Source of the DNA: an uncultured virus (IMG/VR IMGVR_UViG_3300032309_002680)
Lineage: Duplodnaviria; Heunggongvirae; Uroviricota; Caudoviricetes
DNA: 64,000 bases
Strand: one strand, 5' to 3'
IMG/VR virus record: IMGVR_UViG_3300032309_002680
Shown here: piece by piece, positions 38,773-50,206 of the stretch
How the letters are laid out: every line of letters begins with the position of its first letter
Numbering within the stretch: the stretch's first letter is position 1
Notes under the pieces: generated by a model
What the model saw: only the letters and a program-made list of their open reading frames with translations
Told to the model about the DNA's origin: nothing
The model's database searches: none
Position numbers and translations under genes: made by a program

Positions 38773-39230
38773 TGACAGCAATGGTATTGCCAGTTGGCTC
38801 TTTATTAAAACTTAACTCAACAATAAGTTTATCTGAGCATAATAGACAACCCGTATCTTTGAACAAAATAAGAATTGAAAAAACTCAAAGAATGGCAAAT
38901 GGAACAATGCGTAAGTTCTTTGTTTCAGAAAAAGAAAGCATAAACGTTTCTTGGTCCATGCTTCCTTCTCATTCAACAATGACTGTAGACGGCGGGTATG
39001 GAGCGGTAGATATAAAGTCTTTCTATGACGGAACTGCTGCAAAGGCCTCTGGGTCTTTGTCTGGAAGATCTACTTTTGATGTATCCATAGTGTATGGCGG
39101 AACCACAAAAACAATGGAAATGATATTTACCGCATGTTCTTTTGAAATAGTAAAAAGAAACGTAAAAGAAAATTCAACAGATACTCCTCAAGAATTTTGG
39201 AACGTATCTCTTACAATGGAACAGGTATAA
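38772..39230 (+). CDS. Distal tail / minor tail protein
   Basis: Directly after the tape measure; RMANGTMRKF motif. Confidence 0.6.
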   Translation: MTAMVLPVGSLLKLNSTISLSEHNRQPVSLNKIRIEKTQRMANGTMRKFFVSEKESINVSWSMLPSHSTMTVDGGYGAVDIKSFYDGTAAKASGSLSGRSTFDVSIVYGGTTKTMEMIFTACSFEIVKRNVKENSTDTPQEFWNVSLTMEQV

Positions 39231-42200
39231 TGATAGATTCAAGTAAAACCAATTTGCTTAATTTATTTAAGCAGCAAAAATCAGTAACTTCAGATGCTGG
39301 TTTGGTTATAGAGTACAACATGAATTCTATGATTGATGGAATAACTGTTTCTTCAGCAACGGCAGATTCTTCATATACTTCTCAGATTTCTGACTGGCCT
39401 TCAGGAAAACCAAACCCTTATAAAAAATTGTTTCCTGTAGATTCTATAATAAAACCATTTAGACCACTAGAGTCAGGTATAAAGTATTATGTTTTTTCAT
39501 CTGTAGATACTCCAGCGAATAGTTTTTCAAAGTATAGAACAGTTCAATATCCCTCAACTCAGCCAAGAATATATATTCCTGGAGAAAAAACTGAGTATAA
39601 ATATTGGCTAGGAGCAAAAAATACTAATATTGATCTAACTGTAAAGTATAAGCAAGACACGGTTATTGAAGGAAACAAAAATGCTTTATCAAATAAAATT
39701 GTAATTAGATTTGAAAAAAATCATTTCCTGCCAACCAACTATTCCTTGTTAATTACTAAGTCTGACAATACAACTCAATCAGTTGGCCCGTTCTCTACAC
39801 CAGCAGACGGAAATATCGTATTAAACTATAATGGAACTTCTTGGGTAAACACGGCTTTGGTAGAGCCAATAACTTACTCAACTCCAATTTCTATTAAATC
39901 AATTAAACTTACTGCAACAAATTCAAATCTTGGAGGAATGATCGGGGTAATTGAATTATCAGCAAGATGGGTAAAAGACATATCCTTAGATTTAGTTGAC
40001 TTTGACATAAGCAAAGAGTCTTCATCTTCTTCCACGGACATACTCCCAGTAGGATTTGTTACCGCAAACAGCATGTCAGCAAATATTGCTAAGTATAATC
40101 AGGTAACATCTCAGATAGTTTCTTATGTTAGAGATTCTGTTGAGTTTGATAGCTCATTGTTGTACCTAGTAAAAAATGCTGAGCTGCGCCCATTCTTTAA
40201 TGTATACCATAGCAACGCAACAACCGTTTCTGGTTCTTACGACAAAGTCTCCCAAGGATTTTATTACATTAATGATTTTAACATAGATGAGTATGGAAGC
40301 GCAGCAATATTTTCTTTAGATGGCTCTAAGTATTTAATGGAAACCGTATGCCCAGATATTGTGTGTGAATTCTATCCTGTAACTGCAATTATTAGAAGAC
40401 TTCTAGACTCAATAGGTTTTGCTAGCTACAGATTTAATTTGAATGAAACAAGTGAAAAATCAATTCCTCAAGTAAATTATTGGTGGACAGATGATTCCAA
40501 AACAGTTTGGGAAGCAATTCAAGAGCTATGCAGAGATATCCAAATGAATGCATTTTTTGATGAAAACAATATCCTGCAATTTTACAGCAGAGATTATATC
40601 TATGACACAGCAAGACCAATATCCTGGACATTTTACAACGAAACAGATGGAACCACTCTTCCAAACATTATTAAATTTAATAAAAAAGATATAGTTGGAG
40701 CAAACTACGTAAAAGTTTTGTGGGAAACACAGATGACTTCAGATTATATAGGTACTTCTGGATCTCTTTGGAACGCTCCTACTACATTATTAAGTGCAGG
40801 AGGATTATCTCAAGATATTAGCGCTTTGGAAAATACCTACTTGACTATTGATTCTCAAACAACAGACGTATATGCAGAGCAACAGTCTTTTTATAATTTT
40901 TCTGGGTATGTTCTTATAGATTCAGAGATTATTGAATATGATGCAATGGAATATGATTGCGTATTTCTAGATGGAAGCACTGGAAAAGTAAACGTAGAGT
41001 CCGCAGCAGATATAAATAAATACAGATCTTTGTGTAAAGCTGGTTACTCAGATGTAAATAATCCTTCTTCTAGCGCATACTTTAAGCCAAGCGGAAGATA
41101 CAGAATTAAAAAAAGAGGGGCCCTGGGAACCGTGGCAGCTAAACATGATGCCGCAAACAGTAATCTAGGAAATTGGGAATTAAGAAACGTTACATTTGAT
41201 CCGTCCCAAAAGTCTACATCAACTGGAACTACTACAAACTGGGATCTATTTTATGATTTAAGGGTTACACAACTTACATCTAGTAGTGTGTCTATTGATT
41301 TTGTAGTTCCCGCAACAGTGCCAACTTCTTACGTTATAAAAGCTTTGAAGTCAGATGGAGGAAGTGTTTTTAGCGAAATTTTTGAAGAGGTAGTCAATAT
41401 ACCTGCTGCAACTGGCAATCCCCCATTTACAATATCTAACTTAAGTCTAGGAAGATACATTTTTGAAGTAACCCCAAAGTCTGGATCTTCTTCAGGTAAA
41501 GTAATGAGAAGTGGAAAGTTTACATTATCTAGCATTACGAATGCAGCAACTATTTCTTCAAATCCAGTTTCTGCAACAAAAATATATCCAAGCAAATCTT
41601 ATTTTAAGATGTCGAATCCAAATACATCAAAAAATCAATACAACATTGCTTATAGAAATTTTGAAGGAATGTCTTTGTCTACATCAACAACAAACTCATC
41701 TCTTCCAACATACGGCTTGCCCTCACCTTTATTATCAGAAAAATATTATGCTTTTGGTACAAGTATATTCTTAGACACAGATATTAACACAAAAGGTGTT
41801 TCCGCAGGTTTGGGATTTTTTGTAAACCATACAGGAAAAACTGGGTATTATGTTATTTTAGAAACCACGAAGTCTGCTGTTTCAAAAGAGACTAAATCAG
41901 TTAGAATTATAAAGGCAGACGGATCTTCAATAAAAACCTTAGCTGATTCACAAAAAACATCTACTACAACTTTTGAGGGAGTATTTGGTGGAACTCAATA
42001 CAATGTCGACGTTAGAGTAAAAGTTTCTGGTAGCAAGGTTTATATTAATGCATACATTAACGGATTTATTATTACGGCAGTAGACGTAAGCTCTTCCTCT
42101 GGAACCACAGTTAATTCAATCCTTTCAACAACTAAAACCGTAGCATTGGCATGCGGGTCTGGCGAGATAGCAGTAGACTACGTATACGGCACAGACATAG

Positions 42201-42889
42201 ATGTAAGCCAGTACGAAACTTCCTATAACAATAGAAACTTATATGCTGGCCAATATTCAGATGATTTGCTTGACATGAGTTTTGGAGATTTAATTTATAA
42301 TACTGGAAACTCTGATCCAGTTCTTAAAAACCAGACGGTAGATGATTTTGGAACAGTTGTGAGAGAGATCTATTATGTAAAGACTAAATTAAACTCTAGA
42401 CCAGCATTCCCAATTAAATGGTCTACTGGTAGCAACCAAGCAGTTAGCCTGATTGGTAAAAAGATTTCTAATTTTGAAGCAGAAGCTTATGTGCTAAACA
42501 ATACTTCTTCAACTGTTCCTTTAAGCGATGGCGCACTGGCCTCCTTATACGTAATAGGAAATGATTTATATCCTTCTGGAACTATGGAGTACTCTACAGA
42601 TACCAGCAGTGAGTATGCAAACAAGGAGCCCGTAATATTTGAATCTAGGTGGCTTCAGTCAGAATATGATGTAAAAAATCTTGCTGAATTTATTAAAACA
42701 AAGGCAGTAAACAAAGGAAAGATTATAGAAATAGAGACCTTTGGAAACCCAATGCTTTCTGTGGGAGACATAGTTTCAGTTAAATATGCATATCAAAATC
42801 TTCAGGAAACTCAAAAAATGATTATTACTAACGTAAGCCAATCTTTTCTAGAAGGGATTTCTACCTCGATTACTTGCAGAACTCTGTAA
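39230..42889 (+). CDS. Large minor tail / baseplate hub protein
   Basis: Position; VWEAIQELC..IQ.NAFFDE and GNP.L.VGDIV motifs; TAATG overlap at 39230. Confidence 0.7.
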   Translation: MIDSSKTNLLNLFKQQKSVTSDAGLVIEYNMNSMIDGITVSSATADSSYTSQISDWPSGKPNPYKKLFPVDSIIKPFRPLESGIKYYVFSSVDTPANSFSKYRTVQYPSTQPRIYIPGEKTEYKYWLGAKNTNIDLTVKYKQDTVIEGNKNALSNKIVIRFEKNHFLPTNYSLLITKSDNTTQSVGPFSTPADGNIVLNYNGTSWVNTALVEPITYSTPISIKSIKLTATNSNLGGMIGVIELSARWVKDISLDLVDFDISKESSSSSTDILPVGFVTANSMSANIAKYNQVTSQIVSYVRDSVEFDSSLLYLVKNAELRPFFNVYHSNATTVSGSYDKVSQGFYYINDFNIDEYGSAAIFSLDGSKYLMETVCPDIVCEFYPVTAIIRRLLDSIGFASYRFNLNETSEKSIPQVNYWWTDDSKTVWEAIQELCRDIQMNAFFDENNILQFYSRDYIYDTARPISWTFYNETDGTTLPNIIKFNKKDIVGANYVKVLWETQMTSDYIGTSGSLWNAPTTLLSAGGLSQDISALENTYLTIDSQTTDVYAEQQSFYNFSGYVLIDSEIIEYDAMEYDCVFLDGSTGKVNVESAADINKYRSLCKAGYSDVNNPSSSAYFKPSGRYRIKKRGALGTVAAKHDAANSNLGNWELRNVTFDPSQKSTSTGTTTNWDLFYDLRVTQLTSSSVSIDFVVPATVPTSYVIKALKSDGGSVFSEIFEEVVNIPAATGNPPFTISNLSLGRYIFEVTPKSGSSSGKVMRSGKFTLSSITNAATISSNPVSATKIYPSKSYFKMSNPNTSKNQYNIAYRNFEGMSLSTSTTNSSLPTYGLPSPLLSEKYYAFGTSIFLDTDINTKGVSAGLGFFVNHTGKTGYYVILETTKSAVSKETKSVRIIKADGSSIKTLADSQKTSTTTFEGVFGGTQYNVDVRVKVSGSKVYINAYINGFIITAVDVSSSSGTTVNSILSTTKTVALACGSGEIAVDYVYGTDIDVSQYETSYNNRNLYAGQYSDDLLDMSFGDLIYNTGNSDPVLKNQTVDDFGTVVREIYYVKTKLNSRPAFPIKWSTGSNQAVSLIGKKISNFEAEAYVLNNTSSTVPLSDGALASLYVIGNDLYPSGTMEYSTDTSSEYANKEPVIFESRWLQSEYDVKNLAEFIKTKAVNKGKIIEIETFGNPMLSVGDIVSVKYAYQNLQETQKMIITNVSQSFLEGISTSITCRTL

Positions 42890-42913
42890 TTATCTAAATG
42901 GTATAATATTAAA

Positions 42914-43729
42914 ATGACAATAGGATCACAAGATATAGTAAATAAAAAAACTATAAAAAGAATACCGTCTAAGAATATAGCCAAGACGTCAAAGGTTGTG
43001 CTTAAAACTACAGACCCAGACCTATTGTGGCTAAGGCCAGACGAAGCTATTCTTAAAAATGATTCGGGATATATTTATTCTAAGCAAGTATCTCGTCCTT
43101 ATCCTGGAGACGAATCTGGTGGGGATAATCCACCTGGAGACAATGAAGAAAAAGAAAATGACGCAGAGGTAGATACAGTAGATTTATCGGACATAGAGTC
43201 AATAACTTTTGAAGAATATTATGATGCTGCAGCTAAGACTACTAAATATAATGCATTAATTAAAATTAAAAACACAAGCCAATACGCATCTAATACAGTA
43301 GGTGTTGATGCAAGAATCTACGACGCAGCAAGTTCATCTTATGTGGCAGCAGCAAATTCTTCAAACCCAAGTAATTTTATTACACCAACTCCATCTGTTC
43401 CGTCTGTGATATTTGATAGAACTGGTTCTACAGGATTATCTTGGGGATGGAATGATTCAAGTGGTCTTGGTTCATATGATTCAATATCTTACGAATGGAT
43501 TATAACAACTTTAAAAAATGGCGGGACAACTGTAAGTTCAGGATCAAAAACATACCCTTCCTCTTCATCTTACGGCATAGGAGATAGCGGAAAGAATAGA
43601 CAATATAAAGTTAGCTCATCTGGAGGAGATACCCCAGCTTCTTCTTCAGCAAGATGGCTATCGGTAAGGGCTGTAGTAACTGGAACTAATAATAAAAAAT
43701 ATTATTCAAGTTATTCTACACCAATCTAA
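42914..43729 (+). CDS. Minor tail protein (putative)
   Basis: Ser/Gly-rich with an FN3-like C-terminus; tail-module position. Confidence 0.5.
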   Translation: MTIGSQDIVNKKTIKRIPSKNIAKTSKVVLKTTDPDLLWLRPDEAILKNDSGYIYSKQVSRPYPGDESGGDNPPGDNEEKENDAEVDTVDLSDIESITFEEYYDAAAKTTKYNALIKIKNTSQYASNTVGVDARIYDAASSSYVAAANSSNPSNFITPTPSVPSVIFDRTGSTGLSWGWNDSSGLGSYDSISYEWIITTLKNGGTTVSSGSKTYPSSSSYGIGDSGKNRQYKVSSSGGDTPASSSARWLSVRAVVTGTNNKKYYSSYSTPI

Positions 43730-43738
43730 AGGAGAGTA

Positions 43739-44881
43739 ATGATAAAAGGAACTTATGTATTTTATGAAAACAATAAAGAGATTGCAAGATCTTCTAATAT
43801 AATTACCAAATTTGGAAAAAGGTATTTTTCTAAACTTATGGCTGGAAATGTGCCGTCTGCCACAAAGGACTTAGCGGTAGGGATTCATGATTCAAAAACA
43901 ATATCAGGAATTTCTTCTACAGGATCCGTTGTCACTTTTACAACTACTTATGAGCATGGGTTATTTGAAGGAAACAAGGTTAGCATATCTAATGTGTCTC
44001 CAACAGCATATAACTTTTTAAATGCAACAATAAGCTCTGTTCCTTCAACTACTACCTTTACAATTTTAGATTCAACAAATTTAGCCTATGTTTCTGGAGG
44101 AAACGTTTCTTCCGAAGTGGACACAAGATTAGGGTTTGAAATATACAGAACGCCAGTAAACTTAGGAAGCACAGATATTCAAATGGAAAACGGATTGCCT
44201 GTATATAATATAGTTTACAAAGCAACACTTCCTCAAGATTTAGCTGGAGTAATTTCAGAAATAGGAATTTACCCATCAACAAGATCTTCTGCAAATAGTT
44301 TTGATAGCAAGTTTATTGCGGATTTTGACAATTACCTAGACTGGACAGACTCAGATGGTTACAACCCAGAAACATCAGAAACTGGTGCAAGAGTTGGAAC
44401 TAATGTTTTGGTTATGCCTTCAAACGGCACTAGCTCAAAAGAATACACAACAAACACTTCTTTTGATTTAGAGGGATATAGCAACAACGATTCTATTACT
44501 TGTGCTTACTATAAGGGAGATAATAACCTAAGTAAGATTACAGTTAAATTTTACACATCTACTGGCAATTATTATTTTGTTGATTTGCCGTCAATTTCTG
44601 GAACTGGAAAAAAGATATCACAAGAAGTTTTGCTTTCTAGCTTATTTGGTAACGTAGTGGGTTCTCCAAATAAATCAGAAATTACAAAAATCGGAATCGT
44701 AATCACCCCAGTTTCTGGACAATCAACTTTAGTGGGCCTAGATGCAGTTAGAATTAATGATGAAGATACATTTGATCCGATATATGGTTTGGTAAGTAGG
44801 TCCATATTAAACTCACCATATTTAACAAAAACAGCTGGAAGGCAGATTGACGTAGAGTATAGACTGGAAGTAACATTCTAA
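43739..44881 (+). CDS. Minor tail protein (putative)
   Basis: NIIT.FGKR and ISEIGIYP motifs; tail-module position. Confidence 0.55.
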   Translation: MIKGTYVFYENNKEIARSSNIITKFGKRYFSKLMAGNVPSATKDLAVGIHDSKTISGISSTGSVVTFTTTYEHGLFEGNKVSISNVSPTAYNFLNATISSVPSTTTFTILDSTNLAYVSGGNVSSEVDTRLGFEIYRTPVNLGSTDIQMENGLPVYNIVYKATLPQDLAGVISEIGIYPSTRSSANSFDSKFIADFDNYLDWTDSDGYNPETSETGARVGTNVLVMPSNGTSSKEYTTNTSFDLEGYSNNDSITCAYYKGDNNLSKITVKFYTSTGNYYFVDLPSISGTGKKISQEVLLSSLFGNVVGSPNKSEITKIGIVITPVSGQSTLVGLDAVRINDEDTFDPIYGLVSRSILNSPYLTKTAGRQIDVEYRLEVTF

Positions 44882-46711
44882 ATGTCAGCCTATCAAGATT
44901 TATTAAAGGATAGCTCTAAGGTAGATCCTGGAGATAAGAATTACTTTATTGTAACAATTACTGACCTTGACGTAAACAATACATATCCTTTACAATTTAG
45001 ATGGAAAAGAGAAGGCGGAGCATTTTCCGCATGGTCTGCCACAAAAGCAATAACAACTCCAGGGGAGTCAGTTCCAGGAGAACCATCTCTTCCAGAAGGC
45101 AGTGTTACAGGAGAACCTGGATTAATTAGAGTAACATGGAGCGGAACAGATGCTGCTGGAAAAATTATATCCAATATAGATAGAGTAGATATTTATGTTG
45201 ACGGCGGTACTTTTGATGGAACTAAACCAACCTCAAGTTTTAAATCAGCTGGAACACAAACAATTGCCGCAGCTTCTGGAGAATATTTTGTAACCCTTTA
45301 TTCAGTTACATCTTACGGCAAGAAGTCTGCAGTAAGTAGTGCAAGACCAGTAGTTGTTCCAGGAATCGGAACAACAATTCTTCCTCCCCAAGACCCATCT
45401 ACGCCAACAATAGAAGCAGGACTTGCATCAATTATTGTTTCTTGGAATGGAAAGAAATCAGACGGGACTAGTAATTTTCCTACAGGAACTTTTGCAAGCG
45501 CCAAAGTTTACATAGGGACATCAGCTGATTTTGTTCCAAGTGATAATAACTGGGTTCATTCATTAAACTTTGCAAACGGAACTAATCAGGTATCAATCGG
45601 AGTTGGAACTGTAATTGATAAAAATGCTCAAACAAAATTACAATATGGCGTTCCATATTATGTTAAAATTAAAACTGTAAATGCAGCAGTGCCACCAGTT
45701 GAGACAACAACGGCAGTAGTTTCTAGTCCAACAAATATCACAGTAGAAAAATTGCCAGCAAGTGAAATTAAAACAGGATTCTTAGAAGCAGATGCGTACA
45801 TTAAAGCTGGCGCAAGCGGTGGAGCAAGAGTTGAAATAGGAGGATCCACTACACCATTAGTTATTTATGGAACAAACGGAACTACAAAACTTCTTGAATT
45901 TATTGGCGGTAATACAGGAACATTAGCAATTAATGGATCTGGAACATTTACTGGTAGCCTATCGATAGGATCAGGAAACACCGTATTTAAAGCAGACCCT
46001 GACAGCCTAACAACTCCTGGAATTTGGCTAGGACACGAAAATTATTTAAGTGCTCCATTCCGTGTTTCAAAAACTGGTTCATTAACAGCATCAGCTGGAT
46101 ACATTGGTGGATGGAAATTATTAGACAATTCATTGCAAAATGATGCAGGAACACTTAAAATAAATAGCGGCTTAGACCCAGCTATATTTTTAGGACCCGC
46201 TTCTGGTCAGCATATAAGACTAACTCCAGACTCAATAGCACATTATAATGGAAGTGGCACAACAGGAAAGTTTACGCTAACTGCTTCAAATGGAAATTTA
46301 ACAATATCTGGAGATATGGTTTCTTCAAATATATATATAGACGGAGATAAAAATACAGCTACTCAGTTTATAAAAAATGATGGATCTTTTAATTTAGGTA
46401 AAGGTGTAATGAGCTTTGGTGGAGGAGTGCCAACAAGACAAAATCCTTTACTTCTTAATACAGGGTACCTAAGATTTGATGTAGCCAGCTTAGCTGATTC
46501 TGTCATAGAATCGGATAGTAACAATTATGGTGGAGATAACTATTTGGTATTAAATCAAAGCGGAGAATTAACAAGAGGAAGAGCTTTGCATTACGGGGGA
46601 TCAACAGTTCCAACATCTTCAAATTTAGGAAGATATGTATATAATTCATTAACTTTATCTACAGAGTATGTAGATTTTGCACCAGGAGATTTATGGATGA
46701 CGGTAGACTAA
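44882..46711 (+). CDS. Tail fibre / minor tail protein with FN3-like domains
   Basis: FN3-like repeats; APFRV...G.LTA..G.IGGW fibre motif. Confidence 0.6.
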   Translation: MSAYQDLLKDSSKVDPGDKNYFIVTITDLDVNNTYPLQFRWKREGGAFSAWSATKAITTPGESVPGEPSLPEGSVTGEPGLIRVTWSGTDAAGKIISNIDRVDIYVDGGTFDGTKPTSSFKSAGTQTIAAASGEYFVTLYSVTSYGKKSAVSSARPVVVPGIGTTILPPQDPSTPTIEAGLASIIVSWNGKKSDGTSNFPTGTFASAKVYIGTSADFVPSDNNWVHSLNFANGTNQVSIGVGTVIDKNAQTKLQYGVPYYVKIKTVNAAVPPVETTTAVVSSPTNITVEKLPASEIKTGFLEADAYIKAGASGGARVEIGGSTTPLVIYGTNGTTKLLEFIGGNTGTLAINGSGTFTGSLSIGSGNTVFKADPDSLTTPGIWLGHENYLSAPFRVSKTGSLTASAGYIGGWKLLDNSLQNDAGTLKINSGLDPAIFLGPASGQHIRLTPDSIAHYNGSGTTGKFTLTASNGNLTISGDMVSSNIYIDGDKNTATQFIKNDGSFNLGKGVMSFGGGVPTRQNPLLLNTGYLRFDVASLADSVIESDSNNYGGDNYLVLNQSGELTRGRALHYGGSTVPTSSNLGRYVYNSLTLSTEYVDFAPGDLWMTVD

Positions 46712-46712
46712 A

Positions 46713-49373
46713 ATGGCATGGTACAGAAAAACTAAGCCAGAAACTTATTTAAATACCTCTGCAAGCAATTTTACAGATTCTTCAAAAAATTGGAGAAAGC
46801 ATTCAAACATTTATAGAAAAACTAGTGGTGACGAAACTGCCTCACTAACCGCAGTACCAGGCAGATATACGGATAGCACAAGAACCTGGAGAAGAATAAA
46901 AGCAATATATAAATTTTCTGGATCAAGTTGGCAAAAAGTTTTTTCAAAATTTTCAGGACAACCGTATACAACAAGAAATCCAGAGATAAGAGTTACTGGT
47001 TATAATGGACAACAGGTTGACTCCTATGAAATGATGGGCCCAGGATTAGATTCTATTGCTAGAGGATTAAGTGGAACTACGTACCTTTGGGGATGGGATG
47101 CAACTGAATATTGGGAAAACGTAAGTGATTCAACTGCAACAGAAAGATTTTTTTACAAATCAGATGTTGATTCTTTGCAAGACGGAGTAGGAAACGCTAC
47201 AGAAATTACAAACACCGAAAGCTCTGGAGATAAATTAAGAAATGCAAACGGATACATAGATTTACATGATGGCAAATTTATATTTTATAGAGTAAGAAAA
47301 ATAAATGGAAGTTCAATAGGTCAAGCAAACTCAGACGGAGTTTATTTAGTAAAACAGCCTTGCTCAATTTTATCAATTTCTTTTTATCAGAATAATTCTA
47401 TCCAAGCAGAAGTAGAAAAGTTAATTGCTTTTTCAGTAAGCAACAATTGGTATGATAAACCAGATTACTCTAAATCATACGTAGCCATACATGAACTAGA
47501 CTCTCAATTTCAATCACCTTCGTCGTCTACTTTAAAGCAAAAAATATTTTTGCAAGATTCAAGTGGTTCTGGAGGAGATAGGTATGTTTCGTATACGCCA
47601 AATTTAAGCGCATTAAATAAATACCTGTACGCTCAATTAGTTTTAAAAAACAGCTACAATGATTCTGATAACGACAACGCCCCAGGGTTTGATGTTTTGG
47701 ATAATATTGTTGCGCTAATTACAGGACCCGTTCCCAAAATAGTAACTGCGCCAGTTGCAACCTCACCTGCTTACAACACATTATCAGTAACAGACGGAGT
47801 TTGGGATTACACAGGGTCACAGTATTATCCAGTATCTTATAGCTATTTATGGCAATACAATGACCAAGGAAGTTTGTGGCTTAATATAAATCAAAGCGAA
47901 ACAGCTTCGGGCAGCGTTTTGAGTAATTCATTAGTTTTAAATACAAATTTTTACTCAGAAAATGCTTTACCAGTTAGGTGTGTTGTTACCGCAACAAACG
48001 TAAATGGAAGTAGCACCCCCTCAAATTCAAATTATGTTATGGTAACAGGAGGCACGGCCCCATCAGGAGGGTCAGCATCAATTAATGGCACAGGACAAAT
48101 CGGCTCGGCATTGACTTTAACAAAAACAGATGCAACAGGAATACCATCTCCAACGGTATCGTGGAAATGGAGAATTAATGACGGAGGATTTAGTGGAGGA
48201 ACATTTGCTGGAGGAACAATAGTTCAAAATGGCGGATCTACTTATACTCCAACATATACAATTGATGGGTGGACAAATAAGGTAAGAGCAGAGGTGACTT
48301 GGACAAATGGTGTTTCTCCAGATCAAGTTGTTATTACAAATGAAATAATTATATATCCAGTTTATACGGTGACATGGAACGTAAATGGTGGAGACACCAC
48401 ACATGCATCATCTACTTTCACTTCTGGTGGAAGCGTTACTGCCCCGACACCAACAAGAAGCGGATATACTTTTCTGTATTGGAGAAACACACCATCACTT
48501 GATTATACTTACTCAGTAAATGCTGGAGGCACTTTTTACCCACCAAGCCAAAATATTACAATGTATGCTAGATGGACACCTTTGCAATATACAGTAACCT
48601 ATGATGCAAATGGTGGATCCGTTTCTCCATCTTCTGCATCAGTAAATCAAGGAAGCTCAGTCACTTTGCCAACACCAACAAGAACTAATTACACATTTAG
48701 TGGATGGTATACCGCAACAACAGGTGGATCTTTAGTGGGATCTGGCGGAGATTCATATACGCCAACATCAAATATTACTATATATGCAAGATGGTCAGCA
48801 GTAACATATACAATCACATGGAATGCAAATGGTGGAACTGTTACTACAACAAGCTCTAATTTCACTTCAGGAAATTGTGTTACAGCACCAACACCAACAA
48901 GAGCTGGAGACTATCTGGTTGGAACTTGGCGTGATACCCCAAGCGGAGATTTCTTGTATTCAGTTGCACCAGGAGGAAATTTCTGTCCTCCAGATGGTAA
49001 TCGAACAATGTATATGAGATGGGTAGCCATAACATACGGTAGTTGCGAATATTATACTTTTACACAAAGCACAAGCAACTCTTGCAGCGGGTTTACGTTA
49101 ATTACTACAACTACTACAACATATTATTATAGAAGAAAAATTTACCATAATAATGTAGATACTGGAACTTGGGACTATAGTTGCTCATCAAGTTCAAATA
49201 GTAGCAGTACAAGTACACCAAACTCCACTACATGCGGATACGTTCCAAATCCATGTTCTTCAGGCCGTAGTGTAGTTAGGCTGTGCGGCTCGGCAGAGAC
49301 TGCAGCAGGATGCTGTCTACCAGGATCTTTATCTGGGTGTGGCGGAAGCGGAGCCACAAGCAGATCTTGCTAA
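46713..49373 (+). CDS. Tail fibre/adhesin with three Listeria-Bacteroides (InlB B-like) repeats and a Cys-rich tip
   Basis: Three YT.T...NGG...PTPTR...W...Y.RW repeats; 10 Cys in the last ~110 aa. Confidence 0.7.
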   Translation: MAWYRKTKPETYLNTSASNFTDSSKNWRKHSNIYRKTSGDETASLTAVPGRYTDSTRTWRRIKAIYKFSGSSWQKVFSKFSGQPYTTRNPEIRVTGYNGQQVDSYEMMGPGLDSIARGLSGTTYLWGWDATEYWENVSDSTATERFFYKSDVDSLQDGVGNATEITNTESSGDKLRNANGYIDLHDGKFIFYRVRKINGSSIGQANSDGVYLVKQPCSILSISFYQNNSIQAEVEKLIAFSVSNNWYDKPDYSKSYVAIHELDSQFQSPSSSTLKQKIFLQDSSGSGGDRYVSYTPNLSALNKYLYAQLVLKNSYNDSDNDNAPGFDVLDNIVALITGPVPKIVTAPVATSPAYNTLSVTDGVWDYTGSQYYPVSYSYLWQYNDQGSLWLNINQSETASGSVLSNSLVLNTNFYSENALPVRCVVTATNVNGSSTPSNSNYVMVTGGTAPSGGSASINGTGQIGSALTLTKTDATGIPSPTVSWKWRINDGGFSGGTFAGGTIVQNGGSTYTPTYTIDGWTNKVRAEVTWTNGVSPDQVVITNEIIIYPVYTVTWNVNGGDTTHASSTFTSGGSVTAPTPTRSGYTFLYWRNTPSLDYTYSVNAGGTFYPPSQNITMYARWTPLQYTVTYDANGGSVSPSSASVNQGSSVTLPTPTRTNYTFSGWYTATTGGSLVGSGGDSYTPTSNITIYARWSAVTYTITWNANGGTVTTTSSNFTSGNCVTAPTPTRAGDYLVGTWRDTPSGDFLYSVAPGGNFCPPDGNRTMYMRWVAITYGSCEYYTFTQSTSNSCSGFTLITTTTTTYYYRRKIYHNNVDTGTWDYSCSSSSNSSSTSTPNSTTCGYVPNPCSSGRSVVRLCGSAETAAGCCLPGSLSGCGGSGATSRSC

Positions 49374-49413
49374 TGTTATTGACTAAAGCAAATATAAATG
49401 TTAATATTTTAAT

Positions 49414-49875
49414 ATGCTAACAGACACAGACATATATTTTTTCTGGAAAGAAAATGAAAGCCCTAACGTAATAAGAAACCACATGGCTCTGGGATTTGGA
49501 ATAAATGGTAAATTAATTGCGGATATGGTTACCTATGTAGATTTTTACGAGCTGTTAATTGATTCTGATAAAATTATACCAATGAACGAAGACTGTTCTG
49601 TAGTTAATTTTATAAAAGATGGACAGACTATAGATACATTACAAACATCTTCATTCTTGGGTAGTCTTTTATGCAGCGAACCAGATTTTTTACCAATTTA
49701 CATATTTCCAAATAATGAACAATTAGAGAAAAACCGTAGGGTGGTTCCAGGATGGTTATATGATGAAAATGGAGAGTTTTTTATGCCTTACGAAGGATGG
49801 GACGATGAGATAATTGATGGAATGTATAATGTAGACAGAGAATATAAGTTATTAGAATTTTATACAGGAGAATAA
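49414..49875 (+). CDS. Hypothetical protein
   Basis: 153-aa ORF with its own leaderless-type promoter TTGACT-17-TAATAT. Confidence 0.65.
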   Translation: MLTDTDIYFFWKENESPNVIRNHMALGFGINGKLIADMVTYVDFYELLIDSDKIIPMNEDCSVVNFIKDGQTIDTLQTSSFLGSLLCSEPDFLPIYIFPNNEQLEKNRRVVPGWLYDENGEFFMPYEGWDDEIIDGMYNVDREYKLLEFYTGE

Positions 49876-50157
49876 ATGAGCAAATTTACAGAGTGGGAAG
49901 AAAAAAATAAAGCACAAATTAATGAACAAAAAAGAGTAGAATCTGAAAATCTTAAAAGTAATACAGTAGTTAGACCATGGGATCTTTTAAATCCAAATGA
50001 AACCAGGGCTACAGAAGAGGTAGCAAATTTAAGATACGAGATATGTAAAGAATGCCCTATGCTTATTCAAATAAGCAAACAGTGTAGAAAATGTGGGTGT
50101 TTTATGGCAGCAAAAACCAAGCTTTTGCATGCTACATGCCCATTAAATAAATGGTAA
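49876..50157 (+). CDS. Small Cys-rich protein (DUF6171-like)
   Basis: RYEICKECP...QCRKCGCFM..KTKL..ATCP..KW. Confidence 0.65.
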   Translation: MSKFTEWEEKNKAQINEQKRVESENLKSNTVVRPWDLLNPNETRATEEVANLRYEICKECPMLIQISKQCRKCGCFMAAKTKLLHATCPLNKW

Positions 50158-50206
50158 TATAGCCAAATAATATGGCAAATGCTATAATCTAACATGGAGG
50201 AAAACA

